Notes under the pieces: generated by a model | The model's input: only the letters and a program-made list of their open reading frames with translations | What the model was told of the DNA's origin: nothing | Database searches by the model: none | Part shown: positions 48,189-57,684 of the stretch, one piece after another | Numbering within the stretch: the first letter of the stretch is position 1 | Layout: each line of letters opens with the position of its first letter | Made by a program: the position numbers and the translations under genes | Assembly: GCA_963771465.1 (NCBI GenBank) | Contig: CAVYTU010000015.1 | Span: 832,001 to 896,000, forward strand | From: an uncultured delta proteobacterium | GTDB lineage: Bacteria > Desulfobacterota > Binatia > UBA9968 | Direction of reading: 5' to 3' | DNA: 64,000 nucleotides

Positions 48189-50009
48189 ATGAAAACATTC
48201 GGCACACTGCGGCAACGGGTCTCGCTATTCGCGAGCATGGCGGCAATATTTCTCGCCGTCGCCTTGGCCCAGGCGCAAAACCAGCCGCATCTTTTTCGTC
48301 AGGCGCCTACATCAACTCCACCGGGGCGTAATGCCACCGCTGCCTTTATTGGTGATATTGACTCGGCTCTACTGTCAGCAGCGCTCGACGGTCTGACGAT
48401 CTCGCTTCCCGGTAAGCCGGACATCTCAGTCCAACGCCACAGTCACGTACAACGCGGCGGCGATAACCTCGTGTGGCGCGGCAAGATTGCAGACGACAGC
48501 AGAAGCAGGGTCACTTTGACCTACCATGAAGGTTTGCTGTTTGGCCGTATCGAAAGTGGTAGCGATATCTTCTCGATCCGCACCGGCGCCAACGGTCGGA
48601 CGATCATCGAACGAATCGATACCGATAGTTTCAAACCGGAGTGGGGCCATGATCATGCGACCCATGGTCATGATCGTATTCCCCCAGCCACTGGCGCCGC
48701 TCCGTCTCAAAGTAGCAGCTCCAGTGGTAGCACTATCCAGTCGACAGCCGCGGACGGTACCGTCGAAATCACGCTCTTATCAGTCTATACACCACAAGCC
48801 CGCACCGGCGCGGGCGGTCCGACACAGATCCAGGCACAGATACAGGCGGCAGTGGATCAAGCCAACACGGCGTTCATCAATAGTCAGATGACTGCTCGAT
48901 TTTTTCTGGCGCACAGCGCTGAGGTCGCCTATAACGATACCGGCAATATGAATTCCGACTTGGATTGGGTGACGGCTGACGCTGGTGTCGCCGGGCTGCG
49001 CAATACTTATTCGGCAGACATGGTGTCATTAATCGTTGAAAACGGTGGACCGTACTGCGGTATCGGTTGGGTCCAACGTAATCCCGGCAGTGGCTTTTCC
49101 GGTTATGCCTTTCAAGCCACCGACCGCGGCTGCTTACCGAACAGCACCTTTGCCCACGAGCATGGCCACAACATGGGCATGGAGCATAATCCCGAGAACA
49201 GCAGCGTTGGCCACAATCCCGCCGCTGCCTCGTACGATTTCTCCTTCGGCCATTGGGTCAGCGGCTCGTTTGCCACGATCATGACTTACAATTCAATCTG
49301 CCCGGTTTACTGCCCGCGGATTCTGAATTTTTCCAATCCCGAGGTGCTCTACAATGGATTGCCGACGGGTATTCTGAATCAGCGTGACAACTCCCAGACC
49401 GGCGATTTAACGGCGCCGATCATCGCCGCATTTCGCGCCGGCGGCGGTTCGGGAACCAATAACCCGCCGGTGTTCACCAGTGATCCGATCGCAAAACCTA
49501 ACGCTACTCAAGGCCAGTCGTACTCCAGCAGCATCGCCAGCAATGCCAGCGATCCTGATGCCGATCCGCTCAGCTTCGCCAAGACCGCTGGTCCAGCATG
49601 GCTCTCAGTAGCCGCCAATGGTGGCTTGAGCGGAACACCGGGCTCCGCCAATGTCGGTTTAAATAGTTTCACAGTCAGCGTGTCGGACGGCCGAGGCGGT
49701 TCGGATACGGCAACGTTGCAAATCACCGTCATCGCGCCCTTAACCGCGCCGACCAATCTCGTCGCCACTCCCGGCGCGAAGCAGATTAACCTAACCTGGT
49801 CTTTTGCCGGCAGCGGCATCAGTGGTTTCAAAATCGAGCGCTCGACCAATGGCAAGAGCTACTCGCAATTCACCACCGTCGACGCCGCAACCACCAGTTA
49901 TCTCAACACCGGTCTGCGCTCCGGGCGCAAATACTACTATCGAGTACGCGCCTATACCGGCTCAACCAACTCCGGATACTCCAATATCGCAAGCGCGACG
50001 GCAAATTAG
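48189..50009 (+). CDS. Secreted reprolysin-like (M12B-type) zinc metalloprotease with Ig-like and FN3 domains
   Basis: Signal peptide; HEHGHNMGMEH zinc motif, TIMTY Met-turn; DPDADPLSF..GPAWL..LSGTP Ig-like domain; FN3. Confidence 0.9.
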   Translation: MKTFGTLRQRVSLFASMAAIFLAVALAQAQNQPHLFRQAPTSTPPGRNATAAFIGDIDSALLSAALDGLTISLPGKPDISVQRHSHVQRGGDNLVWRGKIADDSRSRVTLTYHEGLLFGRIESGSDIFSIRTGANGRTIIERIDTDSFKPEWGHDHATHGHDRIPPATGAAPSQSSSSSGSTIQSTAADGTVEITLLSVYTPQARTGAGGPTQIQAQIQAAVDQANTAFINSQMTARFFLAHSAEVAYNDTGNMNSDLDWVTADAGVAGLRNTYSADMVSLIVENGGPYCGIGWVQRNPGSGFSGYAFQATDRGCLPNSTFAHEHGHNMGMEHNPENSSVGHNPAAASYDFSFGHWVSGSFATIMTYNSICPVYCPRILNFSNPEVLYNGLPTGILNQRDNSQTGDLTAPIIAAFRAGGGSGTNNPPVFTSDPIAKPNATQGQSYSSSIASNASDPDADPLSFAKTAGPAWLSVAANGGLSGTPGSANVGLNSFTVSVSDGRGGSDTATLQITVIAPLTAPTNLVATPGAKQINLTWSFAGSGISGFKIERSTNGKSYSQFTTVDAATTSYLNTGLRSGRKYYYRVRAYTGSTNSGYSNIASATAN

Positions 50010-50033
50010 TCGCCAACGATAAATCAGCACTCC

Positions 50034-50069
50034 ACCGGCTCGGCGTAAACCGCCGAGCCGGTTTTTTTT
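50034..50069 (+). terminator. Intrinsic terminator
   Basis: ACCGGCTCGGCG-taaac-CGCCGAGCCGGT followed by T-tract. Confidence 0.9.
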
Positions 50070-50406
50070 CGCATTCATCCGAATCCCTCAGTTAGGGTAT
50101 CCCGTGCGCCGAGCGAGGTGCGATCCTGGAGTAGTGAAGACACCTAACGCTGCGGCCGCAAAGTCAATTTCTTGGCAAGCAGTTCCAATGGCAATTAAAG
50201 ATTACTCGCTGGATAACGATGTCGGTTGCCTGCTCAGAGGCGCAGGCCCATTGTCTTCACTGCGGAAGGATTGCGCCTCGCTCGCTGCTGCAATTCTCGC
50301 GGAATGCGGGCTCTCCTAGAAATCCTCCCCAGCGCGACCTAGCCGTGGACATTTTCCCTCCCATAGCATAAGAAAATTGGCACGGATGCTGAGGGAAGTC
50401 TGTTAA

Positions 50407-51099
50407 ATGGACAGCGAACAGCTCAAACAAGACATTGTCACCGCAAGTCACATTCTGCATCAGCAAGGCATCGCCGCCGCCTTCGGCCATGTGAGCGCGC
50501 GCATTCCCGGCACGGACACGTTTATCTTTCCGCCGCGCATGAGCCCGGCGCTGGTGCGGAAAGATAATCTGTTGACCCTTGATGTCGACGGCAATCAGCT
50601 GTCGGGCGACGGCCGGCCCAATACCGAATTTTGGATTCACGCGCGCATTTACAAAGCGCGTCCCGATGTCCAGTCAGTCTGCCATGTCCATCCGCCGAGC
50701 TGCGTCGTGCTCGGCTCCCTCGGCGAAACCATTCGCCCACTGCACGCCTCCGGCGCCGTTTTTAAGAATGACGTGCAAGTCTTCGATGCGATCACCTTGA
50801 TTCGCACCCGTGAGCTCGGCGACGATGTGGCCAAAACATTGGGCCAGCATGGCGCCATGATTTTGCGCGGCCACGGCGTCAACGTCGCCGACAAAGATAT
50901 TCGGCGCGTCTGCATCATGACGCTGTGGATGGAAGAGGCGGCGAATTATCAGCTGCGCGCCATGTCGGCCGGCAAGCCGCGCTACTTTACGCCCGAAGAA
51001 TTGGCTGTCATTTACCCGCAAGTCTCCGGTGAAGAAGTATCCAACCGGGCGTGGGAGTATTTCAGCAGCCGGGTCGAATCGTTGGCGCGCGCGACTTGA
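50407..51099 (+). CDS. Class II aldolase/adducin family protein
   Basis: FGHVSAR, EFWIHARIY, CHVHP, LRGHG. Confidence 0.9.
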   Translation: MDSEQLKQDIVTASHILHQQGIAAAFGHVSARIPGTDTFIFPPRMSPALVRKDNLLTLDVDGNQLSGDGRPNTEFWIHARIYKARPDVQSVCHVHPPSCVVLGSLGETIRPLHASGAVFKNDVQVFDAITLIRTRELGDDVAKTLGQHGAMILRGHGVNVADKDIRRVCIMTLWMEEAANYQLRAMSAGKPRYFTPEELAVIYPQVSGEEVSNRAWEYFSSRVESLARAT

Positions 51100-51154
51100 C
51101 TGCTCTTCAGCGCTGACGCGATAGTGTCCAAGCGGGAACGAGAGGAACGACTCT

Positions 51155-51838
51155 ATGGCATTAAAACATCACGAGCTGCGCCAAGCGGTGATCGATGGCG
51201 CGAACTCTTTAATCAACGCCGGCGCGATCTCCATGAGCCATCACGGCAACTTTAGCGTGCGCGTGCCCGGCACGGATACGATTCTTCTGACAGCGACGAG
51301 CTCATTCGACAATCTTAAACCTGAGAACCTCGCACTGCTCGATCTCGACGGCAAACTGATCGAAGGCGAAATCAACCCGACCAATGCGGAAATCGTTCAC
51401 ATGCACGCCATCGTCTACAAGGAACGACCTGAAACTGGCGCGGTGGTTCACACTCACTCGACCTACGCGACCAGCTTCGCGATCGCGAGCCGCGCCCTCG
51501 GCTGCTCCTACGAGGCGCTGGTGCGAAACGACATGGCGGCCGGCGTGCCGCTCGCCAAGTACGGCCCGCGCGGGTCGGCAGAGTCGGTGTCGAATATTGC
51601 CGACGCACTGAGCGCGACGAAAAATACCAAAGCCGTGCTGCTGGAAAATCACGGCGTGCTCGCCTTCGGCGCCAACCCCGCAGCCGCGGCGCGTGCGAAC
51701 CTAATCGTCGAGGAAGCGGCACAGATGGCGATCTTCGCCGAAGTGCTCGGTGGCGCCAAGAATATTCCCATGGAATTACTGCAAGCCAGCGTCGGCCGCA
51801 GAGACGCATTCGCCCGCGCGGGCGTGCAGAAAGCATGA
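51155..51838 (+). CDS. Class II aldolase/adducin family protein
   Basis: GNFSVR, MHAIVY, VHTHS, LLENHGV. Confidence 0.9.
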   Translation: MALKHHELRQAVIDGANSLINAGAISMSHHGNFSVRVPGTDTILLTATSSFDNLKPENLALLDLDGKLIEGEINPTNAEIVHMHAIVYKERPETGAVVHTHSTYATSFAIASRALGCSYEALVRNDMAAGVPLAKYGPRGSAESVSNIADALSATKNTKAVLLENHGVLAFGANPAAAARANLIVEEAAQMAIFAEVLGGAKNIPMELLQASVGRRDAFARAGVQKA

Positions 51839-51871
51839 ACGTCATCTACCGAACCAGAAAGGAACTAGAAC

Positions 51872-52735
51872 ATGGAAATGACCGCAAGTGAAAAACGCAA
51901 AGCATTGAAGGCGATGATGCAGCAGTCCGTCTGCCATCTGGCGCCGAGCTGCAACGACGGCATTCAAGCGCGCTTGGTCGAGTGGCTCGGCTTTCCCCTC
52001 GTGCATATTTCCGGCAGCGGCCAACACCGCTCTCAAGGCTTCGCCGACGCGGGGTTACTAACGCTGACGGAAATGATCAACAAAGCGCGCGAAATCGCCG
52101 ACTCGGTGAACATTCCCATCGTCAGCGACGCGGAAACGGGTTACGGCAACGCGGTCAACGTCTATCGCGCCGTCAGAGAATTCGACCGCGCCGGCGTCGC
52201 CGCGATCCACATCGAAGACCAAATGACGCCCAAGCGCGCCGGCCACGAAGGTTTCGACGTCGGTCTGATCTCGCGCCAGGAATTCGTCGCCAAAATCAAA
52301 GCCGCGGTCGACGCGCGGCGCGATGAGAATCTCGTCATCATCGCCCGCTCGGAAGCCAAAGATTCGCTGCAAGAACGTCTCGAACGCACGCAAGCGTGCA
52401 TCGAAGCCGGCGCCGACGCTTCATGGGTGAGCGCGCGCACGGAAGAAGAGGTTCTCGCCTATGCGAAGCTTGGCAAGCCGCTGGTCGGCGTGCCGCCGCG
52501 CGGCGTGATGCCGATCCAGCGTTGGGGCGAGTTGGGCGGCCGTGTCGGCTGCATTCCAACCGTGCTGCAAGTCGCCATGCTGCACGGCATGCGCCAATGT
52601 CTGGAGGAATTGAAAAAAAGCGGCACCGAAGCTGCGTACTTCAAAAACACGCCGGGCATCGACGACACGCGCAAGTGGTACGCCAATCTCGGCAACGCGG
52701 AACTCAAAGAGCTGGAAAAAAAGTATGGTTATTAA
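51872..52735 (+). CDS. Isocitrate lyase/PEP mutase family protein (KRAGH loop, no catalytic Cys)
   Basis: SDAETGYG, IHIEDQMTPKRAGH, IIARSEA. Confidence 0.9.
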   Translation: MEMTASEKRKALKAMMQQSVCHLAPSCNDGIQARLVEWLGFPLVHISGSGQHRSQGFADAGLLTLTEMINKAREIADSVNIPIVSDAETGYGNAVNVYRAVREFDRAGVAAIHIEDQMTPKRAGHEGFDVGLISRQEFVAKIKAAVDARRDENLVIIARSEAKDSLQERLERTQACIEAGADASWVSARTEEEVLAYAKLGKPLVGVPPRGVMPIQRWGELGGRVGCIPTVLQVAMLHGMRQCLEELKKSGTEAAYFKNTPGIDDTRKWYANLGNAELKELEKKYGY

Positions 52736-52796
52736 ACCGCTAGCGCAACACGATCCATCCGCGTTAGCGCCGCATTCGAACCGAACAGGAGAGCAT

Positions 52797-53795
52797 ATGC
52801 TGAAAGCAAGAAATCTTGCCGGGATGTTTTTTGCCCTAGCGCTATCACTAGCCGCTACGCAATCGGCGCTGGCCCAATTGACGAAGATCAGCGTCGGCTA
52901 CAGCGCCATCAGCGGCGACGCTTTGCCGGCGTGGCTCGCCAAAGACGCCGGCATCTTCGAAAAGAACGGTCTCGATGTCCAGCCGGTTTTCTTCACCGGC
53001 GGCACCACCGCGGTCATGGCCTTAGTCTCGGCCGACACGCCGATCGCGCAGTTGGCTGGACCGGCGGTGGTGAATTCGGTGATGGCCGGCTCCGACGCCA
53101 CGATTATCGCCGGCGGCGTGACATCACTGAATTACTATCTGCAAAGCCGGGCCGACATCAAAACCCCCGAACAACTGAAAGGCGGCTCAGTCGCCATCAG
53201 CCGTTTCGGCTCGTCGTCGGATTTCATCGCCCGCTACGCGCTGACGAAAATCGGCTTGACGCCCGGCAAAGATGTCACTATCGTGCAGATCGGCAGCACC
53301 ACGGCGCGCGTCGACGCGGTCATCGCCGGGCGCGTGCAGGCCACTGTCGTCAATCCACCGGCGAGCATCATCGCGCAAAAGCGGGGTATGAATACGCTGG
53401 CCGACCTGCCCAAACTCGGACTGGTCTATCAACACACCGCCGCCGCCACATCGAAAAAATATATTCGCGAACATCGCGACGTCGTCCGGCGCTACGTGAA
53501 ATCACAGATCGAGGCTGTCCATCGAATTTATACCGACAAAGAAAGCGCGATCAAAGCCTTGGCGCGCTTTATCGGCCGTACCGTCGAGCGCGATGTCTTG
53601 GAAAAAACCTGGGAGAATCTCTTAAACGAAGCGGTGCTACCGAGAAAGCAATATCCGTCGATCGAAGGTCTAAAAACCATTCTCGCCTCCGAACCGAAAG
53701 CCAAGTCACACAATCCCGAAGACTATTTCGACGCCAGCTTTGTTCGGGAGTTGGATCTGAGCGGCTATACCGATAGCCTCTACAAAAAACGCTAA
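52797..53795 (+). CDS. ABC transporter substrate-binding protein, NMT1/THI5-like
   Basis: Signal peptide from MLKARN; WLAKDAGIFEKNGLDV, IKTPEQLKGG. Confidence 0.88.
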   Translation: MLKARNLAGMFFALALSLAATQSALAQLTKISVGYSAISGDALPAWLAKDAGIFEKNGLDVQPVFFTGGTTAVMALVSADTPIAQLAGPAVVNSVMAGSDATIIAGGVTSLNYYLQSRADIKTPEQLKGGSVAISRFGSSSDFIARYALTKIGLTPGKDVTIVQIGSTTARVDAVIAGRVQATVVNPPASIIAQKRGMNTLADLPKLGLVYQHTAAATSKKYIREHRDVVRRYVKSQIEAVHRIYTDKESAIKALARFIGRTVERDVLEKTWENLLNEAVLPRKQYPSIEGLKTILASEPKAKSHNPEDYFDASFVRELDLSGYTDSLYKKR

Positions 53796-54052
53796 CTGGG
53801 ATTATTCATACTACGAGGAAAATAAAATGACAGAGTGTCGATCGCGGTGGAACCCCAAAGAAGGAAAACGTCGAGCGAAGGCGTCAGCGCCAAATGTATC
53901 ATCGTGATGTTCGGTGCTCGGCACGATGATAAACCTTTTCACAGCTAATTTCACCGCAGATCGCTTCGCTTGCCGCTGCAAGGCAGAGCCGCTCCGCCTT
54001 CGCTTCGCGGAAGGGTTTCGCCGCGAGCGCGTTTTAACGCGAATAATTCGGG

Positions 54053-54853
54053 CTAACAAGACGTCAATTGTTTGCCGGCGTCGTGATCCGCGCCGCGATA
54101 GCGCCAGCGCAAGAGCCGTCGCTCGACGGCTTCCGCGCCCATGAACAGCACCAGCACAAAGGCCATGATGAGAAAGATAAGTCCCATGGTCAGGGCGGCG
54201 TTGTACGTACTCTGAGCGAACTGGAGCAGATAACCGAGCCCACGGGTCGCCGCTACGAACTCGCCGACCACGGCGCCGGTAAAAGCAAATCCAACTGCGA
54301 CTTTCAGGCTCCCCAACACCCACGCGGTAACCGACGGAATATAGACTTCGCGCAGCAACACCAAGCGGCCGCCGCCGAGGGTGCGCACCCGGTCGACCAG
54401 CAACTGATTGACGTCGCGGATGCCGCTATAAACGGCGAAGAAGATCAACACCGCGACCAGCACCACGGCCAAGGCGATTTTCGAAGGCAGTTCGATGCCG
54501 AGCCAAATGACGAATAGCGGCGCGAGGATCACCCGTGGGATCGCGTTCAGCAGCATCATGATCGGTTCGAGAATATCGGCGAGCAGCGGAACAAGCGCGG
54601 CGGCAAAGCCGAGCACGATGCCAAGCGCCAAGCCAATCACCAGGCCCGCGAGCGCGGCGCTAAAGGTCGCCTGCAAGTGACCGAGAATCGTGCCCTCGGC
54701 AAACAGGGTGAAAACCACTCGCAGTATGTCACTGGGCGCCGGCACATAAAAAGGATTGACGATGCCGACGCGGGCGCACACTTCCCAGAGCGCGGTAAGC
54801 ATCGCCAGCGACAGCAGCCGGCGCACCCAAATTTTATCCAACTGTGATTTCAT
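54053..54853 (-). CDS. ABC transporter permease (NitT/TauT family)
   Basis: PAPSDI, IPRVILAPLFVIWLG, GAVVGEF..GLGY. Confidence 0.92.
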   Translation of the reverse strand: MKSQLDKIWVRRLLSLAMLTALWEVCARVGIVNPFYVPAPSDILRVVFTLFAEGTILGHLQATFSAALAGLVIGLALGIVLGFAAALVPLLADILEPIMMLLNAIPRVILAPLFVIWLGIELPSKIALAVVLVAVLIFFAVYSGIRDVNQLLVDRVRTLGGGRLVLLREVYIPSVTAWVLGSLKVAVGFAFTGAVVGEFVAATRGLGYLLQFAQSTYNAALTMGLIFLIMAFVLVLFMGAEAVERRLLRWRYRGADHDAGKQLTSC

Positions 54854-55608
54854 GCCGCGCCCTCGAGTTGCGGCAGGCTCATCACCTCGGACATGTCATG
54901 CCAAAGTTGCTCAAGCAGAGGAGCAAAACTCGGATGGCGGCGGCAGGCGAAAATATCGCGCGGTCGGGGAATCGACACCTCATACGAGGTTTGGACTCGC
55001 GCCCTCGGACCCTGCGAAAGCAGATAGACCGTGTCGGAGACGGTCAACGCTTCTTCAAGATCATGGGTCACCAAGAGCACGCTCAAGTGCTCGCGCTCCA
55101 CCCAGTTTAATAGTTCCTGGGTGATGCGCGTTCGAACGATCGCATCGAGCGCCGCGAAAGGCTCGTCCATCAGCAGCAATTTTGGCTTCAAGGCGAGGAT
55201 CTGCGCGATGGCGACCCGCTTTCTTTGCCCGCCCGAGAGTTCGTGAGGAAAACGCCCACCTAAGCCTTCGAGTCCAAGTCGCGTAAGCCATGCGTCGGCT
55301 TCGGCGTGCGCGTTACTTTTGGTGAGTTTCCGAATGCGCAAACCGAGCGCGACGTTTTCCCGGGCCGTACGCCAAGGCAAAAGCGCATCGTCCTGAAACA
55401 GAAAACCAAGCGACTCGCGGCTGCCATTCAATTCGATATGGCCGGCGCGCGGCGTGAGCAGGCCATTCACCGCGCGCAGAATGCTGGTCTTGCCGGAGCC
55501 CGATGGCCCGACCAGACTGACGAATTTCCCCGCGGCAACTTCGAGGCTAACTCCTTCGATAACCGGTTCTTGCCCATAACCCAAGGCGAGATCTGAGACG
55601 CGAAGCAC
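54850..55608 (-). CDS. ABC transporter ATP-binding protein (NitT/TauT family)
   Basis: GPSGSGKT, LSGGQRKR, LLMDEPFAALD, VTHD. Confidence 0.95.
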   Translation of the reverse strand: MLRVSDLALGYGQEPVIEGVSLEVAAGKFVSLVGPSGSGKTSILRAVNGLLTPRAGHIELNGSRESLGFLFQDDALLPWRTARENVALGLRIRKLTKSNAHAEADAWLTRLGLEGLGGRFPHELSGGQRKRVAIAQILALKPKLLLMDEPFAALDAIVRTRITQELLNWVEREHLSVLLVTHDLEEALTVSDTVYLLSQGPRARVQTSYEVSIPRPRDIFACRRHPSFAPLLEQLWHDMSEVMSLPQLEGAA

Positions 55609-56673
55609 TTAATTCCCGACTATCGATAAATCGAGCAAGGGTTTGAAATCGACGGATGCAGCCAGCAGACCTGCGGCCTTATGGGCTTCCACGACGCGAG
55701 TAACGGCAGCGGTATCGATTTTGACGTTGTCGGGATAAAGAGATCGCCGGTAGCGCTCCAGAATCCCGGTAAGCCGATCCCGATTGGCACCGGTGATGAG
55801 CTCTTTAGGCAGCGCAGCCACAGCTTCCTTAGTAGGTATGTTGCGCGTGTCTTGCAATCCCTTCGCGAGCGCGCGGGCAAGCCGACCCATTTCGTCGCGC
55901 CGCTGCTGACGTTCCTCGAGGCGCACGGCCACGCCCATAAATTCGTACGCCCCGCCGAGATACCGGTTCGCTTCCTCGATGTTCATTACATTAGCGATCA
56001 CACCACCACCCGCGCCGGTGATTAGAGTCAATGCTGGCTCTTGCACCATACCCGCATCGACTTGTCCAAGCCGGAGCGCATCATAAAGGTTGGGGCCGAG
56101 AGTCGCGAAGCGCACCCGGTCTGGATCAGCACCCGCCCGCTTCATAAGGTGAATGACTAAGATGTGGTCGCCGTTGCCCAGACCCGAGACCCCCACCGTC
56201 CGGTTCTCAATATCCTTCAGGCTCCGTATCTCTTTCGCCGTTTTCGGGCCGGTTGCGAGGGCAAAAAGCGGCAATCTTCCGGTCGAGGCGAAGCGGGCTA
56301 TTTTGGCACCGTGGGCAAAGGCCTGAAGCGCCACATCAAAAGAAGTCCCCGCGTAGTCCACCGCGCGCCCGACCAGCGCCTGCATCGCCACGTTGCCGCC
56401 GCGGGTGTATACCAGCCTGACATCGAGCCCTTCCTCGGCAAAATGTCCTCGCGCTCTGGCTACCTCGTAGGGTACGACGCAGAGGAGCTGCCCGCAGAAT
56501 GCGAGCAATACTTGCCGGCCTTGACCGTGGGCATTTTTCTTGGAGACGAACATGATGCCGCTCGTCAAACCTGCCAGGCGCTTTAATGCCGTGCGTCTGC
56601 CAATTTGTTTATCGGCGCCCGTGATTTCGGCTTCTTCGGAAAAATCAGGCGTTAACTTTTCACAACAATCCAT
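55609..56673 (-). CDS. ABC transporter substrate-binding protein with Tat-like signal and Cys motifs
   Basis: GRRTALK twin-arginine motif, AFCGQLLCVVP, GHFAEEGLDV. Confidence 0.85.
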   Translation of the reverse strand: MDCCEKLTPDFSEEAEITGADKQIGRRTALKRLAGLTSGIMFVSKKNAHGQGRQVLLAFCGQLLCVVPYEVARARGHFAEEGLDVRLVYTRGGNVAMQALVGRAVDYAGTSFDVALQAFAHGAKIARFASTGRLPLFALATGPKTAKEIRSLKDIENRTVGVSGLGNGDHILVIHLMKRAGADPDRVRFATLGPNLYDALRLGQVDAGMVQEPALTLITGAGGGVIANVMNIEEANRYLGGAYEFMGVAVRLEERQQRRDEMGRLARALAKGLQDTRNIPTKEAVAALPKELITGANRDRLTGILERYRRSLYPDNVKIDTAAVTRVVEAHKAAGLLAASVDFKPLLDLSIVGN

Positions 56674-56904
56674 CTTGATCTCCCTTCACGACGAGAGTTG
56701 CGATATACCCTGTCGCAGGATTTCCGAGACGGTTAAAATACAACAAACGGCTCAAAAGACAAACCGTAATCGAGGAGCGGCCTGCCGGTTCAAAGCAAAT
56801 CGCTCTGACACGGTTGCGATCCGTGAAAACCGATTATAAAGTTTGCCACTCGACCGGCTCGATCATCCGCCACCAACGCCGCAGTCGCGGCCATAGGAGT
56901 CACC

Positions 56905-57654
56905 ATGAGCGACTATCAACAACTAGCCAGTGATTTGATGACCTCATTGGCGTTGACCCAACCGCCCATCGCCATAGCGTTCGCCGACGCGCCGCCGCTG
57001 AATGTACCGCCGTTCGATGGTGTCGTTCCTGCCGGTTGCTCCTTTTGGCAGCAGGCGGCGGCGAGAATGTTTTATACCTCGGCCCAAGATCACGAGCTTT
57101 GCGCCATCGGCGTCCATACGCACCATTTGGCCGAGCCGTCGGCGACGCATCAAACGGAGTTACACGACGTGCTGCAGGTGATGAGTGGACTCGATTACGT
57201 GCGCGCCGACGAGATCGCGGCGATTCCCGTCGTCGAGTGCAAAGTGAAGCATGTCGTCTATGGCCCTCTGGCGGAGTTCTCGAGTGCTCCTGAAGTCGCG
57301 CTGCTTTTCGCCCATGCTCAACAAGGACTGATCATCAGCGAAGCGGTCAGCCGCGTCGACAAGGGGATTCCGCCGGCCATGGGGCGGCCGGCCTGCGCCG
57401 TCGTGCCGCAGGTGATCAATCAAGACCGCGCGGCCATGAGTCTCGGCTGCTGCGGCGCGCGCGCTTACCTCGACATTTTGGCCGACAGCGTCGCCATGTG
57501 GGCGTTTCCCGGCAGTAAGCTTGAGCAATACTGCGCCGAAATCGTCAACCTCGCCCGCGCCAACCAAACGCTGGCAACCTTTCACACGCGGCGCAAAGAA
57601 GATGTCGCGTCCGGCAAGCGTCCGACGGTGCGTCAATCTCTGGATCGGCTTTAA
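56905..57654 (+). CDS. DUF169 family protein (Cys-rich, uncharacterised)
   Basis: PPIAIAF, AGCSFW, LCAIG, YGPL, RPACA, SLGCCGAR. Confidence 0.8.
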   Translation: MSDYQQLASDLMTSLALTQPPIAIAFADAPPLNVPPFDGVVPAGCSFWQQAAARMFYTSAQDHELCAIGVHTHHLAEPSATHQTELHDVLQVMSGLDYVRADEIAAIPVVECKVKHVVYGPLAEFSSAPEVALLFAHAQQGLIISEAVSRVDKGIPPAMGRPACAVVPQVINQDRAAMSLGCCGARAYLDILADSVAMWAFPGSKLEQYCAEIVNLARANQTLATFHTRRKEDVASGKRPTVRQSLDRL

Positions 57655-57684
57655 TCCTCGAAGAAATTCAGCCGAGGCCGGCCG

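Noticed and set aside
50104-50319. 71-aa ORF after the metalloprotease terminator
   Set aside because: No RBS, no motif and atypical composition; treated as intergenic.
50378-50393. TGGCAC as a sigma54 promoter upstream of the aldolase operon
   Set aside because: The -12 position reads CTGAG, lacking the required GC at the correct spacing.
56674-56904. Riboswitch upstream of the ABC transporter operon
   Set aside because: No TPP, cobalamin, SAM or other recognisable aptamer consensus is visible.
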